Part shown: positions 46,025 through 57,986 of the stretch, one piece after another
Layout of the letters: each line of letters begins with the position of its first letter
Numbering within the stretch: the first letter of the stretch is position 1
Source: Tetramitus jugosus
Taxonomy: Eukaryota; Protista; Heterolobosea
Assembly (NCBI GenBank): GCA_937625935.1
Contig: OW569351.1
Coordinates: 186,001-250,000 of the forward strand
Direction of reading: 5' to 3'
Length of the DNA: 64,000 bases
Translations under genes and position numbers: made by a program
Notes under the pieces: model-generated
Seen by the model: only the letters and a program-made list of their open reading frames with translations
What the model was told of the DNA's origin: nothing
Databases searched by the model: none

Positions 46025-47425
46025 CTACGCAATTGGTGTCATGTGATACATAGTTATGCCATGGGGAGCAACAGCGATACTCAAACTGTCTTTCACAATA
46101 CCCAGATACCTTCTAGCCCAAAGATCCTTGACGTAGAACTCTTTCTGCGATGGCACCTTCAAGTGATCCTTCCAAGAGAGTTCAACATTTGCGATTCCGA
46201 AATAAGGGTCATTCTCCACCTTTCCTGCTCTATTGAACAAGATGACAGCATATGCATCGTTGGATAATTGCTTAACCCAAACTTCTGTTCGCACACACGA
46301 GTTGGACTTGTTGAGGAGACATTCACCTGAGGTGACATTGACTCCCTTGAGACTCTCGGCTGCCATGTATCCTTGCTTGCCCAACGCGTCTTGATTCACT
46401 GCAATGACATCTCTGTTTGTAATGATATCAAACACCCATGGTTCCATGCTTCTCAAATCTCTCAAATCATTTCCGAGCAGCAGAGGAGAGTTCAACAGGG
46501 ACCACAGAGAGAAATGGGCAATGGATTCCATGGGTGTCAATTGACCGGCACTTGTCTTGACTCCCACTTCCAACATGTCTGGATCGTTCCAAGAACCAGG
46601 TGCAGAGTACTTGTACAAGTCTCTGTTGGCATCCAACAGAGTCATGACAGTGTTCCAGTTGGCGGCAATATCACCAGTCGTACGCCACGAGTTGGCCATC
46701 TTGGGTGCCCATTCCCATGGTGCCTTCACTCCCCAGTTGCAAATCGAGTAGACAATGGGTCTGCCAGTACTGTTCAGAGCCTTGCTCATACGATAGTAGT
46801 CATTCCATGGTGCTTCCTTTTGTTCATCTGTCGAATGACAATAATCAAACTTCAAGTAGTCAATTCCCCATTCGGCAAACGTATCGGCATCGATCTCATA
46901 ATAATTGTAGCTACCAGGATAGCCTTGGCACGTCTTGAGTCCAACATCACTGTAAATACCAAGAAGCATACCTTGACTGTGAGCATACTTGGCCAATCCT
47001 TGAATGCCATTGGGGAATCGAACGGGATCAGGAACCATTCTAAATGTTTTTGGATCTCTATCCATCATTGCCCAGCAATCGTCAATATTGACATAACGAT
47101 ATCCAATATCTCTCAATCCACTCCTGACCATGGAGTCGATTGTTTGAACAATGACTGACTCGTTGATCTTGCATCCAAACCTATGTACATGTATACCAGA
47201 TCAGAAACACAAGAATAATAATCAGTGTTAGTTGCTGTTGGATTGATTGACTTGCGACATATGGAGCATTTCATAGAGAAAGATAACATACTGATTCCAA
47301 CTGTTGAAACCCATGGGAGGAGTTCTTGCCAGGCCATTGTCGTAACCGTGTATCGACGTAACCAACGACACTAACCACAAACTTACTGCGATCGCTCTTG
47401 TTGCACAACTAGTAGACTGAAGCAT
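46025..47425 (-). CDS. Secreted GH27 alpha-galactosidase, intron 47181-47291
   Basis: Signal peptide, NGLARTPPMGFNSWN, YVNIDDCW, WGIDYLKFDYC, NSWRTTGDI, WNDPDMLEVG. Confidence 0.95.
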
Positions 47426-47998
47426 TGATGTTTTGAATTGGTTTTTGCCCTTACCTTGACATCACCCACCTTGTTGACAGAAAGGTCAACCAATTCGATG
47501 TTCGGGCCTTTTAGATTCCAATGGATAAATTTGGCCACCAACGTCCAGAACGGCCAAGACACACGCTTCAGCGAGAAACAGCAAGAGATTTCCAACAACT
47601 GAAGAAGCAATAGATTGATCCAATACCCAAGAGTTTCATTTCTGTTTCAGAACGAAAACTTAATCACTGGATGACTAACTTTCTACAATTCTTTATTCAT
47701 TAGTTTGATATCTCTAACTCGAAATTTAATAATGATTTATTTAATATCACTCAATATATTATCAAACATTTTACTTATATAATATTAAGATAACTATTAT
47801 TTACCGAAAATGTAACCAAAGTAAGTTTAATTCAAAACATATCGACTAACATGCAATAATTCGTTTATGTGAGACTTGAATGATGGAAGCCGTGATATGA
47901 TGTTCGTTAACTGTGCTGCTTCGTCGTTTTTGGGATGGTGATTTTTACGCCAAATTTGGTACCCAAACGGCCTCCAAATTATTTCGAACCACACAAAC

Positions 47999-49675
47999 AT
48001 GTTCAAAGGAAAAGTTGCCATTGTGACCGGATCGGGCAATGGTCTCGGATTAGCCTATGCCAAGGCTCTTGCCTCACAAGGATGCAAAGTTGTCATCAAT
48101 GACATTGGTTTGGAGTCGCCTCATGGTGGTGGTGATGCTGATCACCAAAAAGTTGTGATTCAATCGTCATCTGTGGCCAATCGTGCAGCCAATGAACTGA
48201 ATGCACTGTATGGCCAAGGAACAGCAGTGGCCAATGAGACACCAGTGTGCTATGATCGTGCAGGTGAGATTCTCGAGTGTGCCATGAAACATTTTGGTCG
48301 CATTGACTTGTTGGTCAACAATGCAGGCATCGTGAGAGACAAGGTGTTTGAAAAGACGAGTGAAACTGATTGGAACATGTTGTTGCAAGTTCATTTGAGT
48401 GGTGTGTTTCGATTGTCTCAACTCGTCTATGCTCAATTGCAACAACAGTACAAGATGAATCAGAAGAAGAATAGTCAAAGAAGCAATCAGGGAAAGATTC
48501 TATTTGTGAGTTCAGTGGCAGTGTACGGTAGTTTTGGTCAGACGGCATACGGTGCCATGAAGAGTGCACTCATTGGACTGTGTGCCAGTCTGTCACGTGA
48601 GATTCAAATGAGAAAATATCCATTCCACGTGCACACCATTATGCCATTGGCTGACTCGCGCATCCTCAGAACGAGTCACCTGCCTCAAGATGTGTATGCC
48701 ATGCTCAGTGTCGATTCCATTCTGCCTCTGTTTCTCCACGTGTGCAGTGACTCTTGTCTCATGAAGCAACCATATGAATCTGATGGTAATGGTGGTGATG
48801 AATCAGTCATGGTTGCTGCGACAGTGCCATGCGATGTGTTTGAAATGGCAGGTGGTCAACTGTTTCGCGTTCAACTACAGAGAACATCACAACCAATTGC
48901 CACGGTCGATGCAAACAACCAAGTCATCATAGTAGGCAATCGTAGTGCTGGTGCTGGAGGTGGTGGTGCAAATACAACAACAACCACACCATCATCATCA
49001 CTCCAATCATTTGATTGCAGTGATGATGCAGTGGCTCACTTGATTCAGAGCATTACTCAACAACAACAACAACAATCAAGACAAAGAACGTATGTGTCAT
49101 TCATTGTTGAACTCGTTTTTTTTACAAAATGTACTTACAGGGTATTCGAATTTAGATCTCCTCCCGTGAAACACATTGCAGCAGCAACCAGTAACAGCAG
49201 TCAACAACAAAAAGGATCAACAACTTCAACCACAATGTCATCCACCACCAACAACAACAACAGCAACAACTCAACAACAACAACAACCGACAATAGTGAA
49301 CTGGCATCTCTCTTCCAATTGATTCAACTCAATCTGAATGACATGGCAAAGAGTGATCAAGTACGCATCAACAACACTTTTCTCTACAAATTGTCAGATG
49401 ATAAGAAATACTTGTTGGACATGGGTCATTTCACTCTGAAACAATTGACATCATCTGATGATGAGAAGAATGGTGAAGCAGCAGCAGCAGATGTGACCAT
49501 TACAATGAAAGATGAAGACTTTATGAATTTGATGAGTGGCAAGTCACAGCCCGCTCAAATGTTCTTTGCCAAGAAATTAAAAGTCGATGGTAATTTGCAA
49601 TTGGCAATGAAGATGATGACCATGAGAGAAAAGTTGACTGCACCGAGAAAAGATGCCTTGTCATCCAAGTTGTAA
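47999..49675 (+). CDS. Peroxisomal MFE-2-type SDR fused to SCP2, PTS1 (SKL); probable in-frame intron 49090-49155
   Basis: VTGSGNGLG, VVINDIG, NNAGIVRD, FGQTAYGAMK; SCP2 ADVTITMKDEDF...KLKVDGNLQLAMK; C-terminal SKL. Confidence 0.85.
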   Translation: MFKGKVAIVTGSGNGLGLAYAKALASQGCKVVINDIGLESPHGGGDADHQKVVIQSSSVANRAANELNALYGQGTAVANETPVCYDRAGEILECAMKHFGRIDLLVNNAGIVRDKVFEKTSETDWNMLLQVHLSGVFRLSQLVYAQLQQQYKMNQKKNSQRSNQGKILFVSSVAVYGSFGQTAYGAMKSALIGLCASLSREIQMRKYPFHVHTIMPLADSRILRTSHLPQDVYAMLSVDSILPLFLHVCSDSCLMKQPYESDGNGGDESVMVAATVPCDVFEMAGGQLFRVQLQRTSQPIATVDANNQVIIVGNRSAGAGGGGANTTTTTPSSSLQSFDCSDDAVAHLIQSITQQQQQQSRQRTYVSFIVELVFFTKCTYRVFEFRSPPVKHIAAATSNSSQQQKGSTTSTTMSSTTNNNNSNNSTTTTTDNSELASLFQLIQLNLNDMAKSDQVRINNTFLYKLSDDKKYLLDMGHFTLKQLTSSDDEKNGEAAAADVTITMKDEDFMNLMSGKSQPAQMFFAKKLKVDGNLQLAMKMMTMREKLTAPRKDALSSKL

Positions 49676-49851
49676 ATCTGTCAATGCAAACAATAAAAGG
49701 AAACAGATTTTCGACATCTTTATTTTGGCGCTCAATCTCTCAATGACAGATGGCGCCAAATTGTCTGTGCCTCAAATCTCGCGTTTTTGCAACCAAAACA
49801 CAACACACAAAAAGACACAATAGAGATTGGATTGAGCCAGTGAGTGTGATA

Positions 49852-52800
49852 ATGAAAAAACTCTTGTCCTTTGTGACGAATCGTGTATCGATTGGTGGTA
49901 CGCACACGGACGTGATTCGTGGTGGTGCATCCAATGCTACGACAACAACAACAACAGTCAACAGAGTTCAACTCATTCCCATTCATGATGACATTTTGTG
50001 TATGTAGATGTTGTTCATCATCAATCTATCAACATAATGCTCACACACACACACTCTTCTTATGTATCATACATGACAATATTGTCACTCTTGACTGTTG
50101 TGATGCATCACAGTTCATCACTATGAATACAACAATAACAATACATATACAAAGTTTTGTGCCAACCATAACAATCATCATCAATCATTGGAACATGATG
50201 AGCAAGTGCACGATGAATACATTCAAATCATCAATGACATTCGAGATACGATTACTGTTGATTACTTTCAAGTGAGAAAGATATTGGTGGTCAATTGTAC
50301 CAGTACCATTCTACCAGAGTCATCCTTTGATATCGATATTATCAGTGGTAGTACAACCCGCATGGATGAATCCAGCAGTCATAGTATGGCATCCATGTAT
50401 TATGCATCAGCTGCTGCAGCACAAATCAATGAACAACCATCAATTCACCTCATTCAACTACAACAGTTGATGAACATGAATCATGTGTACATGGAACAGT
50501 TGCACGTTCTGTATCAGTTGTGTCATGAAATTTATACACTTCATCAGTCATTGCTCGTACTGGAGCCATCTGTGGAAGAAGCAACAGAGTCAGATGATGA
50601 GAGATTGTCATCCGAACAAGTCATGATTGTATTCTTTAGTACCAGTAGCAATAACAATAGCAACCATATGAATCATAGCAATCATCGTTCTTCACAACAA
50701 CAACAACAACATCAATGGGTCAATCATCACTCTTGTCTCACCAATACACTATTGCTCATGAGTTGTTACATGGAGTATGCCAATGGTCATTTGGTTACAT
50801 CCATGGATGCTTGTTTAAACATGATTGGACAATTGCCCAAACTCATGAAATGGAACTTTTATAATCACAACAACAACAACAATAACAATAACAATAATAG
50901 CAATAATAATAGTAGTAATAATAGTAGTCATTCATATACGAGTGCTCTTCAACAAATGATTGGTGGTACTGGTGGTAGTTGGCAACAAGTACAACAACAA
51001 CAACAACAAGTACAGGAAGAAAGAGCAGCAGAAGAGGGTGTCACTCTGCTGAACTCGGAACAAACCACAAGTCATCAACAACAACAACAACAACAACAAA
51101 AGAATGATCATACAGCCAATACAACCAACGCAACCAATACATCCAATGAGTTGATGAACAGAGTGATAATGATGAATAATCATACGGGTATTGAGAATCA
51201 ACCATCAATGATGAGACTATGTAAATTCTTTTCTCATTTGTTGCAGGATCCATTGCCTGATATCACACCTGTTCAATTGAGTCACTTGCAATGGACATTT
51301 TCACAGGGTCATGGAAGTGATGGCACTCATAGTGGTAGTCATCAGGATCAAATGATGACAATGATGATTAATCATGGCCACTTTGTTTATTTCATCAAGT
51401 GCAATGATACAATCATCTATTGTTCATCACCCCACAATCAATACTCTGTTCCATTGGACAATAGCATGGTCATGGGTGATTTTTGTCTGTTTTGTTATTG
51501 GGTGTTGGACGATGAGTTTCACAAGGTGTTTCGATTGTCATTCAACACCATGTTTCTCTCTTCTGCTACTACTACTACTGCTGCTTCTTCTTCTTCATCG
51601 TCGTCATGTAATACTCTCGTCTTGAACAGCCAACAACTAGATTGGATACACAATCACAGGCATGCACTCCCCTTCCAATACCTGTTCCAAGACTTGACGA
51701 ATATTCAAATTCAGTTGCACTATAGACCAATGCCTCAATTGACAACGATTAACCATGCCTTTACTCCTCACAACAATCTTCAAAAGAGTAGTGTAGCACC
51801 ACCACTGCCATTTGCCTACTTGAATGATGCAAAAAAGTATAGAGAGCATCTCGAATACCACATTTCACAGTCTCCATTCTACTATATTAATGAGAACAAT
51901 GGCAACTCGGTTCACAAGTATCGTACCACTGAGCACTATGGTATTGCAACGACAAACGCTCAACATACCAACAACAAGCTTGTACCATCGACTCATCAAA
52001 TGAGAGGCATGAATCGTGTCATGCAAGAACTAGAGAACAAAATTAAGAGAACATTGAAGAAGGCACAGGACAAGTATCTCATCCCATTACAATCCTCTAC
52101 CACTTCACTCTACTATGGCAACAATGAACACAGAGATACAAATGGCAGTGTAACGATGACATTTGATTCTCCAATGTCTGTCGATACCAATAGCACTATA
52201 ATCAATTCGAGTACGGTCATGAACCAGTCTCAACTGTTGTTTACGATTGATCAAGCATCTCCAAACATGAGCATGACTCATTCAAGAATCAGACACTTGA
52301 AATCATCGGCAAGAAAGAGCAATAGCAACACGCCATCAAGTGAACTTGCCAGAAGACTAAAGCTCTCTGTCGGAAGTAACAGTGCTGTTCGCTCTCCATC
52401 GAGTGTTGGTCAGAAGAGAAGAAGGGACAGCATTGATGATGGTCAAGTCAACAAACTGTTGGACTTTTCATTTGCAGATGACATGGATGCACCGAATCAC
52501 AAGAACATTAAGGAAGAACAACAAGGATTGTTGTTGGACTTTAGTGATCCTTCTCCGAGTGATGAACTAACCCACAAGAGCAACAACAACAAGACGAACA
52601 ACAGTGATTCGCTCTTGTTGGATATGAGTATGGATGTGACTGATCTGTCGACAAATGTGGTCAATCCATCACAGCCTCCTCCACCACCACCCATGAACCT
52701 TCCACCACCTCCTCCTCCACCACCAGCACCACCCTTGAATATGCCACCAATGCCTCCTTCCATGTCTGGTTTGTTGTCTTCCAAATCATCGTCAACGGCA

Positions 52801-54309
52801 CCTGTTCATCATGTTCCATTGAAGCGATTGCACTGGGCTCCATTGAGAAACAATGAGCTCACTCAATCGAAACACAGTGTATGGAAAAACGTTTCACATG
52901 TCCAATTGCCGAGCATGACTGAATTTGAAAGCTTATTCTCAAGGCAAGCCACAAACATTCCCTCTGCTGCATCGACTGCATCATCAAAGAAAAATCACTC
53001 AAATGCAGTTGACAAAGTAACTGCCTCAAACTCAACTGATGTTGCAACCACGAGCGCAAAAAATAAGGTTGAGAAGAGTGATGTGGAGCAAATGACACCG
53101 ATTGTATCCGCTCAGCAAGCCAGGAATGTTGAAATTGTGATTAGTAGCCAGTTTAGGTCACTTGTCGATATGAAAGCATCTGACATTGACACCAGATTTA
53201 GCAAATTGAAGAGAGCGATTGAATCATTTGACACAGACATATTGGATCATTCAAAACTTTGTAACTTGCATGGTTTTATGACCACTATCATGACCAGTGA
53301 TATCATTGATGCTTTTGATAAGATACCATCCGATAGAGCCAAGTTTCTACCACAAGCTGAACAGTTCCTGTACGTGCTCAACACCATAAACAGAGTGGCT
53401 GATCGGTTACAGACCATGAAATACATTCACACGTGGCACAGTGTGTATGAAACACTGGTCGCAAGAGTGTCATGTAAGCTGAGCACATGTGAACTGCTTG
53501 TGCAAGATGACCTGCTGTTGAATAAGATTGTCTTACCTTACATTTTAGTGATGGGTAACACAATGAACAGAGATACAGGTGCGCGACTGGGTAGCGCTAG
53601 TGGATTCAATTTGGATGTGCTTCCAAAATTGGCAGACACAAAGGCACAGTGTCACATTATGGCTCTTCCAAAGAAAGATACGGACTCGATGACTGATACT
53701 GAAGAAGAATCAGTCACGTCGTCCATTGTCCAGAACAGTTCATTCACACTCATGCACTATTTGGCTCATGTGCTGGAGTCGTTTGCTGATGCATCGTTCC
53801 AAGAGGGATCTGACATCAATTGCAGCATGGACGAAGAGTCATCTGTTTTGCCCAGTGAGTTTTACAAGCAACTCGACAAACCAGTTGAACAGTGCATGAA
53901 AATTACCACAACCACTATTTTGTCTCTCTTGAGTGAGTTAAACAGGCATGTTCATCACTTTGAGTCCGAGCTGAAGTTTGTGTCAAGTGATTCATCTGCC
54001 TATTCAAAATTGGAAAACATTTGTAAGATATCATCCTCTCAATTAGAGTCAGTGACTGATATTGTTGAAAAGTACAAGAGCACATATGATTACATGTTGG
54101 AGTACTACCACTTCAAAAATGCCTCTGAAAATTCGAGTTCCAATCGTGAGGAATCGAACAGTGGCAGTATTGATGAAGTGTTTGGAATACTTTACAAATT
54201 TATTTCCAGTTACAAAGCTGCCTATTTTGACAACCAAGACTTGAGGAACAAACAACAAGAAAAAATGAGGATCATGGCGAGATTAGCAAAGAAGCGACGA
54301 TTGGACTAA
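49852..54309 (+). CDS. Formin with N-terminal PTEN-like/C2 region, FH1 and FH2; intron 50000-50113
   Basis: C2-like GDFCLFC...FRLSFNTMFL...LNSQQLD; poly-Pro FH1; FH2 LKRLHW, ARNVEI, GNTMN...GF.L..L.KLADTK, TLMHYL. Confidence 0.85.
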
Positions 54310-54478
54310 ACTTCTTGTAACGATTCGCTTATTAGAGACTTATCCACTTTTAATTTATTTATGCATGCATGCTCAAACAGATCGACGAATGTTCAGTTCT
54401 GTGATGATTTGCACTGCTCACTCAATAAAATATTCCAAATATTTTGACATTGGACTGTCAAGTGGCATTGTGAACAAA

Positions 54479-55162
54479 ATGAAACATTCCACATTGCTAC
54501 TGCTCGAAGAATTGAGCAATGATCACACCTGGTCTGAATCGAACAAAACAGCTTTAGATAGCAGCACAATATTAAATGACAGTCTTGATAGCATCAATTT
54601 CGAGTACATCAAGGTGATGAAGGATTCTGAGAACTTTTTGAATTCGCCACTAGCAGGCCGGTTGTCAGAACCAAGTGCTAGTCCCAGAAAAGACACAACC
54701 GAGAGAGAATGTCTGAAATTGAAAGAGAGTATCGAAGGGGGAAAACTGAACTTAAAACTTATTGGGGTTCGAAAAACATTGAAGAATGACGAACAACTGT
54801 ACCATGAGCTCAATGAAGAAATGGATCTCGTTCAACGACAGATAGAATCAAGTATACAGAATCAAGTTGAGTATAAACCTCGAAGGAGTCAACCAACTGC
54901 TAGTGGAGCCACTGAATCGATATTTCGAGCCTACACACTGGCCATGGAGGCGTGTCAAACAGTAAATCAGGAACTCGGCACAACTCTTCAGGACTTTGAT
55001 ATGAGTAAACGTCGGATGATTGAAACAATCGAGGAATACAAACGACAATATGGGTACATTAGGGTTGATCCTGTTGCATCTGACAAGAATGACACAGATA
55101 TATTATCACACCTCATCCGCAAAAGCGATAGGATGATCAAAGACAATAGATTGAAACTGTAG
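54479..55162 (+). CDS. Hypothetical coiled-coil protein
   Basis: Open frame rich in E/K/L with heptad character. Start uncertain (54365 or 54479). Confidence 0.55.
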   Translation: MKHSTLLLLEELSNDHTWSESNKTALDSSTILNDSLDSINFEYIKVMKDSENFLNSPLAGRLSEPSASPRKDTTERECLKLKESIEGGKLNLKLIGVRKTLKNDEQLYHELNEEMDLVQRQIESSIQNQVEYKPRRSQPTASGATESIFRAYTLAMEACQTVNQELGTTLQDFDMSKRRMIETIEEYKRQYGYIRVDPVASDKNDTDILSHLIRKSDRMIKDNRLKL

Positions 55163-55246
55163 TACTTGTAAAAATTGTTCCACAAGACGAAACTACATGG
55201 GCACTTTTAATGTGTTAAGTTTACTCTGCCTAACTACACTGTGAAA

Positions 55247-57667
55247 TTAGTTGTTTGGTGCTCTCTTTGCGGCAAAGCTCTTGCTGAGAATCTGTTCCTC
55301 CCGTAGATGCTGTTGGAATTCAGCCAATTTATCTCGCAAACTCTTGATTGCATGCACCTTTCGCACGAGAAGTTGGTCCAGATTTGTGACATATTTATCA
55401 ATAGCTGATTGAGGTTGTTCGACTTCATTTAGTAGTTTCATTTCCTGCTTCATAAGCTCCATGACATCATCGATATGCTGTCTATGAGCAGCAATTACCT
55501 CCTCTTCCTCTTCTAAAATTTTGTTAATTAGTTCTTCATGAGCACGTTCCAATTCCTCCTCACTGACAGCATTGAGCCCTCCAGCAACAATACCATTAAT
55601 GTCACTATCCTCCTCTTCGTCCTCCATTTGATAATCATCTTCGATTGCTTTGATGTCATCATCATCATCAGAATTGCTATACATTTGTCCCATATCTTCA
55701 TCATCTTGATAATCATCTTCCTCTTCAATTTCATTCGCCTTCTCTCCTCGTAATTGGGCCATCTGTTGTTTATAGAGAGCTTGACGTTGTGCGTGCTCTC
55801 GTTGAATATTAACATTCTGTCTTGCAACAGCCATATTTTGCTCAACTTGTTTTTGGACTTGATGTTCTTTTATCCTCTCTCGTTGCTTCAACCTCTCTTG
55901 GGCACTCTGCTTTCTCATTTCTTTTACTCTGTCAGCATATCGAAGGGTATTTAATGTATGCTCACAGGATGAAGAGGAAGGAGCCACATTCGCAATCATG
56001 ACAGTTCTTGAATTGCCAATGAAGGAATCTTTAAGTACCTCTGTGAGTTTACTGCCTCTGAATGGCACATGCTTACTTCCCTTGTCGAGAGAGCGAATAC
56101 ATTCCTTTAGAGCCAACAAGCTCTTATTGATATCAGCACCCTCCATACGTGTTTGTTTGTCGTTGTTCATAGTATCTGCACCACGTTCACTACCAGCAAG
56201 ATCAATAAATGAAAACTTGCCAAAAACCTTGTTGTTTCCCTTCAACTTAATACAGATTTGCAGAATAGCATGTGAACGAGATGAATCACTATTTGCACCA
56301 GTTGAGCCAGTAGCTCTAATACTATTTCCATAATCAATCACTTGCATGAGAGAGTTCACATCGTTGACCTCCATCTCAGAAAGACCCACAATATTCACAT
56401 TTCCTTTAGAATCCTCTCTTGCAAACAACTTGTTGCGATTATTTAACAAATCATACAATTTACCACCATAAATCTCATAAAAACTGAGATAAATCATCTG
56501 ATTCGCTTCCAATCGTTCAAATATGTCAATTGCGGCCAACAGATACAAACCCTTGTTTGATTGTTTTCCCATCATTGTAAAAGTCTTTCCACTACCGGTT
56601 TGACCATAAGCGAAGCATGTAGCTCTTCCACCGGCAAACACGTGCTCAACCAACAACTTTGCAGTCCTGTCATATATATCAACGTTTGACGCACGAGCAT
56701 CAAAAACCTCGTCAAAGCAAAAGTCATGCTGCTCTACATATTTCGTCAAATCAACCTTTTGTTTTGGTTCATGAATAATGAGTTGTAACTCATTGACCAC
56801 CTCGAGAATATCAGTGTCTTGAGTACCCTCTTCCTTTGGATTCAATGGACGCTTTCTCACGGCCACTATAATCTTTGATTGCCTCTTCTTCTTGGCAGCG
56901 GCAGCTGCTGCGGAGGCACCACCTTTATTCAGCACCCCGGCCAAAATCTTGTTTGCTGCGGGAGCTCTTGGCAAAGGATCCTTTCGATTGCCTCGAGCAG
57001 AATTTGGTTTGCTGAGAAGGTTGTTGTTGGAGGAAGACCTTGCTGGGGCAGCTCTACCACCGTTCAATAAATCATACCGCTGTTGAGGTGTCTGTCCATA
57101 AGCAGCATTATTGGCCGAATGAACCTCAAAGAATGTGTCTTGATTTTCAAGACTGGCTGGATGAGCCCTTGAAATGGCAGTGTCCCAATCCAATAGGTCC
57201 TCTCCATTCAAGTTCTCCTTCTCTTCGTCCAACAGTGTTCGACCACTACCACCACTAACGCCACCACCCATCACCATACCATCATGAATACCACCACTGC
57301 TACCATCATAGAAGCCATTCTTCAAATCCAGAGCTTCACAATTATCCAATGCCAAATGTTCATTGAGCATGTATTGATTATTATTCTGGTGTTGTTGTCT
57401 GTAGGTTGACTCAGATGACGAAGCATTGTTGTTGTTCATCTGTTGTTGTTGTAGCTGTTGAGAGAAGTCTCCCCTCTTGACCACTTGCAACAACTCAAAA
57501 AACTTTTTCCTGTCATTCTTGCTAGAAAATCCAACCTTTGAGCTCAAGTCTTGTAAATTCATTGTTGTAAGGTGATCAATTCCAATGCCAATTTGCTTAA
57601 ATTGTGAATAATAATCTTCCAACTTGGCCAGTTGAAGATATCTATATAATTGATCATTGGAAGACAT
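55247..57667 (-). CDS. Kinesin-13 with N-terminal SAM domain (KIF24-like)
   Basis: SAM-like [14 protein letters not shown]; [46 protein letters not shown]. Confidence 0.95.
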   Translation of the reverse strand: MSSNDQLYRYLQLAKLEDYYSQFKQIGIGIDHLTTMNLQDLSSKVGFSSKNDRKKFFELLQVVKRGDFSQQLQQQQMNNNNASSSESTYRQQHQNNNQYMLNEHLALDNCEALDLKNGFYDGSSGGIHDGMVMGGGVSGGSGRTLLDEEKENLNGEDLLDWDTAISRAHPASLENQDTFFEVHSANNAAYGQTPQQRYDLLNGGRAAPARSSSNNNLLSKPNSARGNRKDPLPRAPAANKILAGVLNKGGASAAAAAAKKKRQSKIIVAVRKRPLNPKEEGTQDTDILEVVNELQLIIHEPKQKVDLTKYVEQHDFCFDEVFDARASNVDIYDRTAKLLVEHVFAGGRATCFAYGQTGSGKTFTMMGKQSNKGLYLLAAIDIFERLEANQMIYLSFYEIYGGKLYDLLNNRNKLFAREDSKGNVNIVGLSEMEVNDVNSLMQVIDYGNSIRATGSTGANSDSSRSHAILQICIKLKGNNKVFGKFSFIDLAGSERGADTMNNDKQTRMEGADINKSLLALKECIRSLDKGSKHVPFRGSKLTEVLKDSFIGNSRTVMIANVAPSSSSCEHTLNTLRYADRVKEMRKQSAQERLKQRERIKEHQVQKQVEQNMAVARQNVNIQREHAQRQALYKQQMAQLRGEKANEIEEEDDYQDDEDMGQMYSNSDDDDDIKAIEDDYQMEDEEEDSDINGIVAGGLNAVSEEELERAHEELINKILEEEEEVIAAHRQHIDDVMELMKQEMKLLNEVEQPQSAIDKYVTNLDQLLVRKVHAIKSLRDKLAEFQQHLREEQILSKSFAAKRAPNN

Positions 57668-57929
57668 TGTATCACTGCGTTGCAGTACAATACAGGTAAG
57701 GTTCGATCAAAGTGAAACAGAGTTGGCAACAATGTTAGTATGATAAAATGCGATTTTTCACCATGTAAGGCAGACAGTGATGTTGTTCCGACAAGGAGAG
57801 TACATACAGCAATCGCACAACAATCAATAGTGATTCGGTATGACTAACCAGAGAAGTTTTATGGTCAATATGTCTTGGTGATTTTTTGCCTCGACAAAAC
57901 TCAGGTTTAGACGTTACAGTCGTATTTGA

Positions 57930-57957
57930 GCGCGAAAATTACCGTATTTTTTGGCGG
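57930..57957. promoter_or_regulatory. Paired E2F-like sites upstream of kinesin-13
   Basis: GCGCGAAAA (reverse complement TTTTCGCGC) and TTTTTTGGCGG. Confidence 0.5.
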
Positions 57958-57986
57958 TAAAAGATTCAAGTCGGAGCCGTTTGATT

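Noticed and set aside
46373-47158. 261-aa plus-strand ORF, and many other antisense ORFs in the track
   Set aside because: These are shadows of real genes on the opposite strand, or translations of microsatellites.
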